64,000 nucleotides of DNA, taken from NCBI GenBank assembly GCA_964397195.1, contig CAYNGY010000002.1, positions 180,012-244,011 on the forward strand, in the 5' to 3' direction. Positions 36,427-46,695 of this stretch are shown in pieces. Within the stretch, counting starts at the first letter, position 1. Each line of letters starts with the position of its first letter. The DNA is from an uncultured Gammaproteobacteria bacterium (GTDB taxonomy: Bacteria; Patescibacteriota; Patescibacteriia; SBBC01; CAIJZX01). Position numbers and translations under genes: made by a program. A model generated the notes under the pieces. The model saw only the letters and a list, made by a program, of their open reading frames with translations, was not told the DNA's origin and did not search any database.

Positions 36427-37584
36427 ATGTCACCACGACAACCGTTAGAAGTAAAACCAGACATCGAGACATTTGCCAAGATTAAGGTGGTTGGCGTTGG
36501 TGGCGCGGGCGGTTCCGCACTCAATCGGATGATGCAGCATAAAATTCGCGGCATCGAATTTATGGCAATCAATACTGATGCCCAGGCGCTTCATCACAAT
36601 AGTGCGCCGGTCAAAGTTCATATCGGCAAAACGACGACCCGTGGGCTCGGAGCGGGGATGGACCCGGAACTGGGACGCAAAGCGGCCGAAGAAGACCAAG
36701 ATGAAATTCGGGAAATGCTGAAAGACTCGGACATGGTTTTCATTACCGGCGGTCTTGGCGGCGGCACGGGCACAGGCGCGATGCCGTTGGTGGCCGAGGT
36801 GGCGCGTGATCTTGGGGCGCTGACCGTAGCGGTTGTCACCCGCCCATTTTCTTTTGAAGGCGCGCAACGAAAACAGTTCGCCGACCAAGGCTACGGTGAG
36901 CTGGTTGATAATGTCGATACCATTATTACGATTCCAAACGATCGGTTACTGCAGATCATTGATAAGAAGACATCGTTACTTGAGTCCTTCCAAGTGGTTG
37001 ACGATGTGTTGCGTCAGGGTATCCAAGGAATCGCCGAGTTGATTACGGTTCCCGGATTGATCAACGTCGATTTCGCTGACGTCAAAGCGATTATGAAAGA
37101 TCAGGGTACGGCCCTGATGGGAATTGGTCGCGGCACCGGTGAGAACCGAGCAGTTGATGCGGCGAAAGCAGCGATTGATTCGCCACTGTTGGAAATTCCG
37201 ATCGATGGTGCAAAAGGTATTCTCTTTACCGTTACGGCCGGCACAAGCATCAGCATGTACGAGGTGAACGAGGCGGCACGAGTCATTACTCAATCGGCTG
37301 ATCCGAATGCCAAAATTATTTTTGGTGCGGTGATTGACGAAGATCTGAAGGATGAAGTGAAGGTCACGGTCATCGCGACAGGTTTTGGCAAAGGCGTGCC
37401 TCGTCCAACAAAGAAAGTCATGCCAGCGTCGACGCCATTTGAAACGCAAATGGAGCGACCAAAACCGACGCCGACCATGGCGGCTCCGATGCAGTCACCG
37501 ACGCCAATGGTCAAGCCAACCCCAAAACCGGCACCGGAGAATGATCTGGAGATCCCGGCGTTCATTCGGAAGAAGATGATGTAA
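36427..37584 (+). CDS. ftsZ: Cell division protein FtsZ
   Basis: GGGTGTG tubulin signature, INTDAQAL, NVDFADV, C-terminal LEIPAFIRK. Confidence 0.99.
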   Translation: MSPRQPLEVKPDIETFAKIKVVGVGGAGGSALNRMMQHKIRGIEFMAINTDAQALHHNSAPVKVHIGKTTTRGLGAGMDPELGRKAAEEDQDEIREMLKDSDMVFITGGLGGGTGTGAMPLVAEVARDLGALTVAVVTRPFSFEGAQRKQFADQGYGELVDNVDTIITIPNDRLLQIIDKKTSLLESFQVVDDVLRQGIQGIAELITVPGLINVDFADVKAIMKDQGTALMGIGRGTGENRAVDAAKAAIDSPLLEIPIDGAKGILFTVTAGTSISMYEVNEAARVITQSADPNAKIIFGAVIDEDLKDEVKVTVIATGFGKGVPRPTKKVMPASTPFETQMERPKPTPTMAAPMQSPTPMVKPTPKPAPENDLEIPAFIRKKMM

Positions 37585-37594
37585 CTGGACGCAT

Positions 37595-39109
37595 ATGGCG
37601 TCCATTATCCAGGGGCATGCCCGTCGATGGTTGACGGTTTTTTTGTTTGTAGCGATGATTGGGTTTACCGGCTGGTATGGCTGGCAATGTGGATTGAATG
37701 CCAGTGTGGCCGATGTTGCTTCTCAGGATTTACCGCATGCCTGGCAAACGGTTTGGAATGTCGCCCATGGCCATGGTTTTCGGTACACCGATCTGTTACG
37801 GCAGCTCGATCTGCCGCGGTTGTCGGCGCACGCTGATTACATCTTATTAGGATTGGCGCCCTTGGCGCGGGTCTGGTCAGACTATATGATCCTCGTTTGG
37901 GTTCAGGCTGCCGTCGTTGCTTCAGGCGCTTTGGCGGTGTGGCGGATTAGCCGACGCTGGGTTAATGCGGATGGCTGGAGTTTCGGTCTCAGCCTGGCCT
38001 ATCTCCTGAATGGCCCGTTGCAGTTTGCGGTCACATTCCAGTTTCACGCCATCACCTTGGCGGTCGGCTTTATCCTCTGGATGGCTGAGGCGGTGGTCTA
38101 TCGGCGACGGTGGTGGGTGATAGGATTGTGGTTGTTGTTGGCACTCTGCACAAAAGAGCAGGTCGGGTTGATTGTCGGGCCACTCATTTGGTGGCTAGCG
38201 GCAACTGAAGGAAAAAAGTCCCTGGGGTATCTTTTCGGGGCGGTGGCGGTACTATGGAGTACCGTCCATTTTGTCTGGATAATTCCGGCGATGCGTACAA
38301 CGGGTGGCCCGCATTTATTCTGGGAGTTTTATTATGGTTCACTTGGTGATACACCGCGAGCGATACTCCCGCGCCTGATGCAACCGATGGAGCTGTGGTC
38401 ACGACTGGTGTCTTGGTCGCAAGTCGGACGCGGAGTCGCTCTCCTCGTGCCGTTCGCCGGTCTATCTCTCGGCTCACCATTGATCCTTCTGGCCGCCGCC
38501 GCCTGGGTACCACATGCGCTTGGTGATTCGGAAGCCGTCCGTTCTCTCTATTATCAGAATCAGGCTTTGGCCATTCCGATTTTGACGCTGGCCGCCATCG
38601 ATACCGTTCGTCGTCTTTCTCGTTGGGCGCGCTGGCCGCGTTTTCAGCTGCCGGCTCTTCTTGGCGGACTGGTACTGCTGACGATTGGTAGCGGCATATT
38701 TAGCCCGAATCCATGGAGCGCGGTCTATCGGCCCGTTTTTCGCGCCGGCGATGATCGGGTAGAGATTTTTCAGACGATGGATCGCCTGATTCCGGCGTCA
38801 GCCGTGGTGGCGGTGTCATGGGGCTTGCCCCCGACATTCCGGGATCACCCGACGGTGTACGTACTCCCGGCTGGCGTGGCCCAGGCGGAGTATGTTGTGG
38901 TGGGCGTCAGTGCGCTGGAGACGCTCCGGACCTACGCTCCGGCCTATGCGTCCGACCTTCGCGACTATTTTGACCATTCAGTGGCGTTTATGCCGGTCAT
39001 TCGCTATGCTGATGTAGTCTTGTACCGGCGCGTGCCCGGTGTGACCCCGGAGCCGCTCCCAGCCGGTTTTCATGACCCGACCCTCAATCGATATTGGTCT
39101 CATCCGTAA
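37595..39109 (+). CDS. DUF2079-like multi-TM protein (putative GT-C glycosyltransferase)
   Basis: 'QTVWN..HG.GF', 'H.DYIL', 'FQFHAITL', 'KEQVG'. About 10 TM segments. Confidence 0.75.
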   Translation: MASIIQGHARRWLTVFLFVAMIGFTGWYGWQCGLNASVADVASQDLPHAWQTVWNVAHGHGFRYTDLLRQLDLPRLSAHADYILLGLAPLARVWSDYMILVWVQAAVVASGALAVWRISRRWVNADGWSFGLSLAYLLNGPLQFAVTFQFHAITLAVGFILWMAEAVVYRRRWWVIGLWLLLALCTKEQVGLIVGPLIWWLAATEGKKSLGYLFGAVAVLWSTVHFVWIIPAMRTTGGPHLFWEFYYGSLGDTPRAILPRLMQPMELWSRLVSWSQVGRGVALLVPFAGLSLGSPLILLAAAAWVPHALGDSEAVRSLYYQNQALAIPILTLAAIDTVRRLSRWARWPRFQLPALLGGLVLLTIGSGIFSPNPWSAVYRPVFRAGDDRVEIFQTMDRLIPASAVVAVSWGLPPTFRDHPTVYVLPAGVAQAEYVVVGVSALETLRTYAPAYASDLRDYFDHSVAFMPVIRYADVVLYRRVPGVTPEPLPAGFHDPTLNRYWSHP

Positions 39110-39111
39110 CT

Positions 39112-40647
39112 ATGAAACGCTCAACGTTCTTCCGCCAGGCGCCGATATGGATTGTCGTGGGAGCGATGATTGTTTACGCTGTGTTTTGGTCATGGTTTAC
39201 GATTGGCCGGGCGGCTAATTACACGGCCGGGTGGTACGATCTGGGAATTATGAGCCAAACGGTGTGGCGAGCTGGGCATGGGTATGGTTTTAGCTTCACG
39301 AACCCGGAAATGGGCGCCAATGGTCAGCATGGCTTGGAAACGGTCCGAACCGCTATTCATACCGACTACATCCTCTGGCTCCTTGGCCCCCTTTCGTGGG
39401 TCGGGACGACGTGGAAGAACCTGTTGGCGCTTCAGGCCGTGGTGGTGGCCCTTGGGGCTTGGTTCATCTTTCGCCTCGGTCGACGATTCCTTGATTCCGC
39501 CTGGTGGGGCTGCGGCCTCGGATTGGTGTATTTGCTCTATGCGCCATTGCAATTCGCGGTCATTTTTGAGTTTCATGCGGTGACGCTGGCTATTTTGTGC
39601 ATTCTTGCGGCGGCCGATGCGATTGTCGGCAAGCGCCCACGTTTGGCGTGGGTGTGGGTGGCGCTCGCCCTGATCATGAAAGAGCAGGTTGGCGTTACGC
39701 TGGGGCTCATGACCGGGTGGTTATGGTGGCGTCAGCATCAACGGCGACAAGCTATCCTGATGGCCGCGGTCTGTTGGATCTACGCCATCGTCCAGTTGGT
39801 CGTAATTATTCCGGCGTCGCGTCCGAATCTACCGGCCAGTTTCGTGTCAGGGAAGTTCTACTCGGCCGAGGAGGGGAGTTTGGCCATGGTCAAGCGTTTA
39901 TGGCCGCCTCAGGCCGCGTGGAACCGCCTGGTGACCGCCCAGCATCGTTCCGACCTGACCCAGCTCTTTGTACCGCTCGGCGGGGTTATCCCGCTCTTGA
40001 GCCCGGTGACCTATTTTATGATGCCGGAGGCGCTGGTCTACTGGCTATCGGATAGCCCGAACCAGCAGACGCTCTATCTGCACTATCAGGCCCTGTTCAT
40101 TCCATGCCTGTTCCTTGGGCTGTTGTTTGGTTTGCACTGGATCCGGCGTCGTTTTGGGCGCTGGTGGTGGCCATGGGCATCTTGGGCGTCAATATTCTTG
40201 ATTGTAGCCGGGTCGGTCTGGATGCTCCGGGTGGCGAGTCCATTGCCGTGGAGCCCGATGACTCGCTGGCCGTTAGTGGCCTGGAAAGAGCGTCAGAGCC
40301 CCGACGTGCAGGCGGCGCTGGCATTGTTGCCAAAAGATGCGTCCGTGGCCGTCACGCAAAATCTGGGGCCACAGGCGAGCGAGCGGCCGCGAGTGACCCT
40401 GCTGCCAACGGGAGCGGGGACGGAGCGCTTCCTATTGATACTCCAGCGTTCTTTTGACCCGGCGGTGCGGTCGAATGATAAGCGCTATGCCGAACGGACG
40501 ATGCTCGAACAGCTGTTGGCTTGGGTTGAGGCACAGCCAGCGTCGTTTACTGTGCGATATCACGTCGATCGGGTCTGGTTGATCGAGCGAATCGGCACGC
40601 CGACGCTCCCAGAGCCAACATGGCCAGATAATTTATTAGGTCGGTAG
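39112..40647 (+). CDS. DUF2079-like multi-TM protein (putative GT-C glycosyltransferase), tandem paralog
   Basis: 'YDLGIMSQTVW', 'HTDYIL', 'FEFHAVTL', 'KEQVG', 'HYQA'. Confidence 0.8.
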   Translation: MKRSTFFRQAPIWIVVGAMIVYAVFWSWFTIGRAANYTAGWYDLGIMSQTVWRAGHGYGFSFTNPEMGANGQHGLETVRTAIHTDYILWLLGPLSWVGTTWKNLLALQAVVVALGAWFIFRLGRRFLDSAWWGCGLGLVYLLYAPLQFAVIFEFHAVTLAILCILAAADAIVGKRPRLAWVWVALALIMKEQVGVTLGLMTGWLWWRQHQRRQAILMAAVCWIYAIVQLVVIIPASRPNLPASFVSGKFYSAEEGSLAMVKRLWPPQAAWNRLVTAQHRSDLTQLFVPLGGVIPLLSPVTYFMMPEALVYWLSDSPNQQTLYLHYQALFIPCLFLGLLFGLHWIRRRFGRWWWPWASWASIFLIVAGSVWMLRVASPLPWSPMTRWPLVAWKERQSPDVQAALALLPKDASVAVTQNLGPQASERPRVTLLPTGAGTERFLLILQRSFDPAVRSNDKRYAERTMLEQLLAWVEAQPASFTVRYHVDRVWLIERIGTPTLPEPTWPDNLLGR

Positions 40648-40729
40648 GTTTTTCCACAACGCCGCTCGGTCGGAACGTCGGAAAATATTGTCGGACGTAA
40701 AAAAACCCAAAAAACCGCCCCTTTGACCG

Positions 40730-40780
40730 ACCACTACATGTAGTGGTATCTTACCCACATCCAGTACGAGATGTAGTGTT
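40730..40780. promoter_or_regulatory. Tandem NrdR boxes
   Basis: Perfect 18-bp palindrome ACCACTACATGTAGTGGT (40730-40747) and a degenerate copy GTACGAGATGTAGTGT (40764-40779), 33 bp apart, upstream of nrdR-nrdJ. They match the acaCwAtATaTwGtg-type consensus. Confidence 0.8.
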
Positions 40781-40914
40781 GTACCAGAATGGTCAGCAAT
40801 CCGCGCGGCGAACATAACACCAAAGAATAGTTTTTCTCGACTTGTCTCCGCCAGTATGGCCGGCGTTCTTCGTTCTGCCCGAACTGACCCGACCGGTTAG
40901 ACCCCAATATCCGT

Positions 40915-41385
40915 ATGAAATGCCCATCTTGCCACCACGACGATACCAGCGTCCTCGATTCACGCCTGACGGAAGAGGGATTCTCCATTCGACGCCGGCG
41001 GGAGTGTGATCGATGCGGACATCGGTTTTCCACGATCGAGGAGGTGGAAATCCTGAACTTAATGGTGGTGAAACGTGATGGTCGACGGGAGCCATATAGC
41101 CGGGATAAGCTGGAAATGGGCCTACGCAAGTCCTTGGAAAAGCGCCCCATTACCGCGGATCGCTTTAAAAAGCTGGTTGGTCTCATCGAGCGGGATATCC
41201 AGTTGCGCGGGCGGACGGAAATCACCTCGGCGCAGATTGGTGAGGTGACGATGAAGCGATTACAGAAGTTCGACATGATCGCCTACATCCGATTCGCTTC
41301 GGTCTACCGTCAATTCAAAGACGCCGAGTCCTTTCAGCAGGAACTCAACCGGCTTTTACCGAAGCGACCAAAACGAACGTCATAA
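40915..41385 (+). CDS. nrdR: Transcriptional repressor NrdR
   Basis: MKCPSC...VLDSR...IRRRREC..C..RFST.E, ATP cone, AYIRFASVY. Confidence 0.98.
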   Translation: MKCPSCHHDDTSVLDSRLTEEGFSIRRRRECDRCGHRFSTIEEVEILNLMVVKRDGRREPYSRDKLEMGLRKSLEKRPITADRFKKLVGLIERDIQLRGRTEITSAQIGEVTMKRLQKFDMIAYIRFASVYRQFKDAESFQQELNRLLPKRPKRTS

Positions 41386-41419
41386 TTTTACTCTTCAATC
41401 ACTCACTCCTCGTCATCGT

Positions 41420-44400
41420 ATGTCGACACTGTCTTCCACGCTCACCTCGACCACAACTTCTTCGCGCGCTGAGGACCGTCGGCCATTGCCGGTGCCAGCC
41501 CGCAAAGGTCGGGGATTAAAAATTGAGCGGCGGTACACCATGGCGGGACAGGACCCGCTCGATCAGGTGCAGTATGAGAAGCGTTCGTCGATTATTAAGA
41601 ACCCGGACGGGAAAGTGATTAAAGAAATCCCGGTGGTGGAGGTACCGGTGACGTGGAGTCAGGTGGCGAGTGATATTTTGGCGCAAAAGTATTTCCGGAA
41701 AGCCGGTGTGCCGCTGACCGACGATCAGGGTCAGCCAATCGTGGACGCCGAAGGGCGGCGGAAGCTTGGTTCGGAGACGAGCGCGAAGCAGGTAGTGCGC
41801 CGCTTAGCCGGGACGTGGCAACACTGGGGTGAAACGCACGGCTACTTCGCGTCGAGTGATGATGCGCAGGCTTTTCAGGACGAGATGGAGTACATGCTGA
41901 TTCGGCAGATGGGCGCGCCGAATTCACCGCAGTGGTTTAATACCGGATTACATTGGGCGTATGGAATTACGGGCGAGCCGCAAGGACACTACTATGTCGA
42001 CCCGCAGACCGGTGTATTGACCGTCTCGGCCGATGCCTATACCCACCCACAACCGCACGCCTGTTTTATTCAACGAATCAAAGATGATTTAGTGAATGAT
42101 GGCGGGATATTTGATTTGGTGACCCGCGAAGCGCGACTGTTTAAATTCGGCTCGGGGACGGGGAGTAATTTTTCGGCGCTCCGTGGTCGCGGGGAACGGC
42201 TCTCCGGCGGCGGCCAGAGCTCGGGGATGATGTCATTTCTGAAAATTTTTGATCGCTCGGCCGGGGCCATTCAATCCGGGGGCACGACCCGACGCGCGGC
42301 GAAAATGGTGATCGTAAACGCCGATCATCCGGACGTCCAAGAATTTGTGCAATGGAAAGTTGTCGAAGAAAAAAAGGTTGCCGATCTGGTGACCGGGAGT
42401 CAAATGAATGCGCGGGAGTTGAATGAAGTGATGCGAGTCGCCGTGGCCGAGAAATCTACCGACTTTACTCGGAATACGCGCTTGAAACAGGCCGTGCAAC
42501 ATGCGGTTCGACGTCGCGTCCCGCTTAGTTATATTCACCGCGTCTTGGCGTTAGCCGATCAGGGGCAAACGGAATTCGACATGGCGACCTACTCAACGCA
42601 TTTTGAAGATGAAGCGTACAACACGGTATCCGGACAGAACTCGAACAACACCGTCCGCGTCACCAACGACTACATGACCGCCGTTGAGCGCGATGAGGCC
42701 TGGCACTTGCGCTGGCGAACAAACAATGAGGTCGCGCGAACGATTCAGGCGCGTCACCTGTGGGACGAAATCGCTTTTGCCTCGTGGTCGTGCGCTGATC
42801 CGGGATTGCAATTTGATACGACGATTAATGAGTGGCACACCTGCCCGGAAGATGGGCGAATCAACGGGTCAAATCCGTGTTCGGAATATATGTTCCTCGA
42901 TGACACGGCCTGTAACTTGGCGTCCATCAATCTCGCCCACTTCTACAATCCGGAAACCGGCATTTTCGATGTTGACGCGTTTAAACATGCGTCACGCATT
43001 TGGACGATTACCTTGGAAATTTCCGTGTTGATGGCGCAGTTTCCGGGGAAGGAGATTGCCGAGCTGTCGTATCTCTACCGAACACTCGGACTCGGGTACG
43101 CCAACCTCGGAACGGTCTTGATGATGATGGGGATACCGTACGACTCGCCGCAGGCCTTAGCGGTGGCCGGATCGTTGTCGGCAATTATGACCGGCGAGGC
43201 CTACGCGACGAGCGCGGAAATGGCCGCCCATCTCGGGGCCTTCCCGAACTACGAGCGGAATGCCGAGCATATGCTACGCGTGATTCGTAATCATCGCCGC
43301 GCGGCGTATAACGCACCGGACGGTGAGTACGAAGGACTGACGATTAAACCGATGGGGATTGCGCCGGAGGTGACGCCGGAATACCTCCTGAAGGCCGCCC
43401 GTGATGCATGGGATCGCGCCTTGCAATGGGGGAAGGAACATGGGTTCCGCAATGCCCAGGTGACGGTCATCGCGCCGACCGGGACGATCGGCCTGGTGAT
43501 GGATTGTGACACGACGGGCGTCGAGCCGGATTTCGCCATCGTCAAATTCAAAAAGTTGGCCGGCGGCGGATACTTCAAGATCGTCAATCAATCGGTGAAC
43601 AAAGCGCTGAAGCGACTCGGATATTCTGAGCAGCAGATTGCCGATATCGAATTATATAGTCGGGGTCATAATACGCTGGTTGGGGCGCCGTACGTGAATC
43701 ATGAGACACTCAAAGCGAAAGGCCTTCAGGGTGACGAGCTGGCGCGAATTGAAAAAGCACTCGATGGTGCCTTTGACATTCGGTTCGTCATCACACCGAC
43801 GCTCCTCGGCGCCGCGACCCTCGAGCGACTCGGATTTGGGGCCAGTAGCGCGAATCTCGGGATCGCCCTGCTCGAAGGACTTGGATTTACAAAAGAAGAG
43901 ATTGCGGCGGCGAATGAATATGTGGCCGGGACGATGACGATTGAGGGCGCACCGCACTTAAAACTTGAGCACTACCCGATCTTTGACTGTGCGAACCGCT
44001 GTGGTGTCAAAGGCAAGCGGTACATCGCCTACAACGCCCATATCAAAATGATGGCGGCGGTCCAGCCGTTCATCTCGGGCGCGATTTCGAAGACCATTAA
44101 CATGCCGGCCGAGGCGACGATTGAAGAGGTGAAACAGGTCCACTGGGATGCTTGGAAAATGATGATCAAGGCGATCGCGCTCTATCGCGACGGGTCGAAA
44201 CTTTCACAACCGCTGAATAGTACCTCAGCCGATGATGAATCGTTACTGGTCGGCTTGGAGGATCAAGATACCGACCCAGTGGTCACACCACAGCAGATCC
44301 AGGACGTGGCGGCGGTGCGCGCGGTGAAACAGAAACTTCCGCCGAAGCGGGTCGGCTGGACGCAGGAAGCAGTTGTCGGCGGACATAAGATATTTATCCG

Positions 44401-44926
44401 CACCGGTGAATATAACGACGGTCGGCTGGGTGAGGTCTTTATCGACATGTACAAAGACGGCGCGGCGTATCGCTCGCTCATTAACTGCTTTGCGATTCTG
44501 GTTTCGAAGAGCCTCCAGTACGGCATGCCGCTGGAAGAATTGGTCGACACCTTCACCTTTACTCGCTTTGAACCGGCCGGACCGGTACAGGGCCATCCGA
44601 ACATCAAGATGTCGACGAGCGTCCTCGACTACATCTTCCGCTTGCTCGGGTACGAATATCTTAATCGTGAAGACTTAGTGCAGGTCAAACCGAATCATGA
44701 TCAACCGATCCAAACCGAATTGCCGATGGCGGCCGCGACCGCGGTGGTCAAAAAGCCGGAGGAGCGTCAGGTGACTATGAGCGCAACGGAACCGGATGGA
44801 CGCCAAACCGCCCGGGCCCAAGGTTTTACCGGTGACACCTGTACAAATTGCGGGTCGATGAAAATGAAGCGCAATGGATCATGTCTCGTCTGCATTGAGT
44901 GTGGGACGACAACCGGCTGTAGTTGA
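41420..44926 (+). CDS. nrdJ: Class II (adenosylcobalamin-dependent) ribonucleotide reductase
   Basis: PNSPQWFN, HACFI, NPCSEY, IAPTGTI, SGAISKTIN. C-terminal TSCPD-like domain and Zn ribbon (CTNC...CIEC). Confidence 0.97.
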   Translation: MSTLSSTLTSTTTSSRAEDRRPLPVPARKGRGLKIERRYTMAGQDPLDQVQYEKRSSIIKNPDGKVIKEIPVVEVPVTWSQVASDILAQKYFRKAGVPLTDDQGQPIVDAEGRRKLGSETSAKQVVRRLAGTWQHWGETHGYFASSDDAQAFQDEMEYMLIRQMGAPNSPQWFNTGLHWAYGITGEPQGHYYVDPQTGVLTVSADAYTHPQPHACFIQRIKDDLVNDGGIFDLVTREARLFKFGSGTGSNFSALRGRGERLSGGGQSSGMMSFLKIFDRSAGAIQSGGTTRRAAKMVIVNADHPDVQEFVQWKVVEEKKVADLVTGSQMNARELNEVMRVAVAEKSTDFTRNTRLKQAVQHAVRRRVPLSYIHRVLALADQGQTEFDMATYSTHFEDEAYNTVSGQNSNNTVRVTNDYMTAVERDEAWHLRWRTNNEVARTIQARHLWDEIAFASWSCADPGLQFDTTINEWHTCPEDGRINGSNPCSEYMFLDDTACNLASINLAHFYNPETGIFDVDAFKHASRIWTITLEISVLMAQFPGKEIAELSYLYRTLGLGYANLGTVLMMMGIPYDSPQALAVAGSLSAIMTGEAYATSAEMAAHLGAFPNYERNAEHMLRVIRNHRRAAYNAPDGEYEGLTIKPMGIAPEVTPEYLLKAARDAWDRALQWGKEHGFRNAQVTVIAPTGTIGLVMDCDTTGVEPDFAIVKFKKLAGGGYFKIVNQSVNKALKRLGYSEQQIADIELYSRGHNTLVGAPYVNHETLKAKGLQGDELARIEKALDGAFDIRFVITPTLLGAATLERLGFGASSANLGIALLEGLGFTKEEIAAANEYVAGTMTIEGAPHLKLEHYPIFDCANRCGVKGKRYIAYNAHIKMMAAVQPFISGAISKTINMPAEATIEEVKQVHWDAWKMMIKAIALYRDGSKLSQPLNSTSADDESLLVGLEDQDTDPVVTPQQIQDVAAVRAVKQKLPPKRVGWTQEAVVGGHKIFIRTGEYNDGRLGEVFIDMYKDGAAYRSLINCFAILVSKSLQYGMPLEELVDTFTFTRFEPAGPVQGHPNIKMSTSVLDYIFRLLGYEYLNREDLVQVKPNHDQPIQTELPMAAATAVVKKPEERQVTMSATEPDGRQTARAQGFTGDTCTNCGSMKMKRNGSCLVCIECGTTTGCS

Positions 44927-45231
44927 CGCAGGCAATGTGAGTGGTCGTTCTTCTTCTGCGCGGCCAGAAGAAGAACCAAGAAGAGCCGCCGCGACCAGCA
45001 AACTCCCGCCCGGTAATTGACCGTTAGGTGCGGGTTCGAACAGTGCTGGTCGCGGTTATTGACTGATCCAATTCGACGCGTAACCTCATTGGAGCTGTAC
45101 GAGCAACCTTCCATTATTGCACCATAAACTGAAAATTCGCTGAATTTTTCGAGATTTAGGCTAAGGTTAGGCAAATTCGAAAATGCGCTTTCAGAAGGTG
45201 GTATACTTAGGTTCTTAAGGAGATATCCACT

Positions 45232-45576
45232 ATGACTGACCAACCACAATCAAACGCGACCGAACAGATTAAGAACGAGCTGAATAAGATTCCGCCGACG
45301 ACCGATCGGAATATGATGGCCGCGCTATCGTATGTTTGGATTCTCTCGATCGTGATGCTCGCCGTGCGCGGCAAGGAGCCGTTCATTAAATTCCATGCGA
45401 AGCAAGCCCTCGTACTCTTCATTCTCTCGATTTTCTCGTGGATTCCGGTGCTTGGCTGGATTGTTGGTCTCTTGGCCTTAATCGGCATGATCCTCGGCTT
45501 TATCAATGCCTGGCAAGGAAAGGAATACCGCTTGCCGTTCGTGGCGGACTTAGCAGATCGATTCATCAAGATCTAA
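45232..45576 (+). CDS. DUF4870-like small membrane protein
   Basis: 'AALSY...FIKFHAKQAL...A.QGKEYRLPF'. Confidence 0.75.
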   Translation: MTDQPQSNATEQIKNELNKIPPTTDRNMMAALSYVWILSIVMLAVRGKEPFIKFHAKQALVLFILSIFSWIPVLGWIVGLLALIGMILGFINAWQGKEYRLPFVADLADRFIKI

Positions 45577-45640
45577 CGTTTTGCTCATGAGCGCCGGACG
45601 ACCGACAGCACGTTGGCGGACGGCGTTTGTGTTTTAGCCA

Positions 45641-46216
45641 ATGCAGAAAAAAGCACCAAAAAATCTTCGCCTTGCCGAACGTGGACTGACCCACGCGTAT
45701 ATTGGCGACGGAAAAGGCAAGACGACGGCGGCGATTGGGACGGCCGTTCGCGCCCGCGGCTATGGCTGGAACGTGGCGTTCATTCAATTCATCAAAGAAG
45801 AGAAATGGCCGAGTGGGGAGCGGGGGATGTTACGGAAACTCGGAATTGAGGTCCATGTTCTTGGGCAGGGGTTCTATAAAATTATCAATGATCGGAAACC
45901 GGCCGCGGCGCATAAAACGGCGGCCAAAAAAGCGCTACAGTTCGCGCAGGCACTCGTTCGCTCCGGAACATTTCAGCTGGTGGTACTTGATGAGGTAGGC
46001 TCGGCGGTCGAAGAGGGGCTCCTGCCGCGGGCGCCGGTGGAAGCAATGCTGCGGGCGCGAGCGCGGGATGCGCGGGCGAAGCATGTCCATCTGATCTGGA
46101 CGGGACACAAACGAATCCCGTGGATGTTGAAATACGCTGATTTGGTGACGGATATGCGGATGGTGAAACATCCGTACTATCGTGGTATTATTGCCACGAA
46201 GGGATTAGATTACTAA
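45641..46216 (+). CDS. cobO: Cob(I)alamin adenosyltransferase (CobO/BtuR/CobA family)
   Basis: Y.GDGKGKTTAAIG, QFIK, GE, VLDE, TG, ADLVT.M..VKHPY..G..A.KGLDY. Confidence 0.93.
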   Translation: MQKKAPKNLRLAERGLTHAYIGDGKGKTTAAIGTAVRARGYGWNVAFIQFIKEEKWPSGERGMLRKLGIEVHVLGQGFYKIINDRKPAAAHKTAAKKALQFAQALVRSGTFQLVVLDEVGSAVEEGLLPRAPVEAMLRARARDARAKHVHLIWTGHKRIPWMLKYADLVTDMRMVKHPYYRGIIATKGLDY

Positions 46217-46220
46217 CTAT

Positions 46221-46685
46221 ATGAAACAAACAAATCAAACACGTATCGGCGGAGTGATGATCGCCCTAGTCTTGCTCTATGCGCTGTCGCTGATTTGGAC
46301 GACGACACAAGATCATCCGCTCTGGATGGATACCGGGTGGCTGCGGTATATGTACTACTCGTTTAGTATGGTGGCCATTTTGGGCGTTGGACTCTGCATC
46401 GTGTCCCTGCTGACCCTTCACCATCCGCGGAGCGGAAAAGTGGCGTGGTTATTCCCGGCAATTTGGGCCTTCATTTTTTCCTGGCTGTGGTATACGTTCG
46501 CCTTAGGCGTGGCCTACAACCTGACGCTCCTCCAGGAGCTGCAATTTCTTGGTCCGAGAGTGATCGCCAATTATGACGCCTACATGTGGTGGCGTTTCGC
46601 GGCTCTGGATGGGCTGAATATGGCGTTTGCCTCGGTCGTCCTCGTGACGCCGCTCATTGTCTGGCTGTACCGGAAAAAACAATAA
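46221..46685 (+). CDS. Hypothetical membrane protein (4 TM)
   Basis: Hydrophobic ORF tightly packed after cobO. Confidence 0.6.
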   Translation: MKQTNQTRIGGVMIALVLLYALSLIWTTTQDHPLWMDTGWLRYMYYSFSMVAILGVGLCIVSLLTLHHPRSGKVAWLFPAIWAFIFSWLWYTFALGVAYNLTLLQELQFLGPRVIANYDAYMWWRFAALDGLNMAFASVVLVTPLIVWLYRKKQ

Positions 46686-46695
46686 CACGCCATTT

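Noticed and set aside
41420-44926. Intein or intron in nrdJ
   Set aside because: The ORF is continuous, with no intein splice motifs or homing-endonuclease signature.
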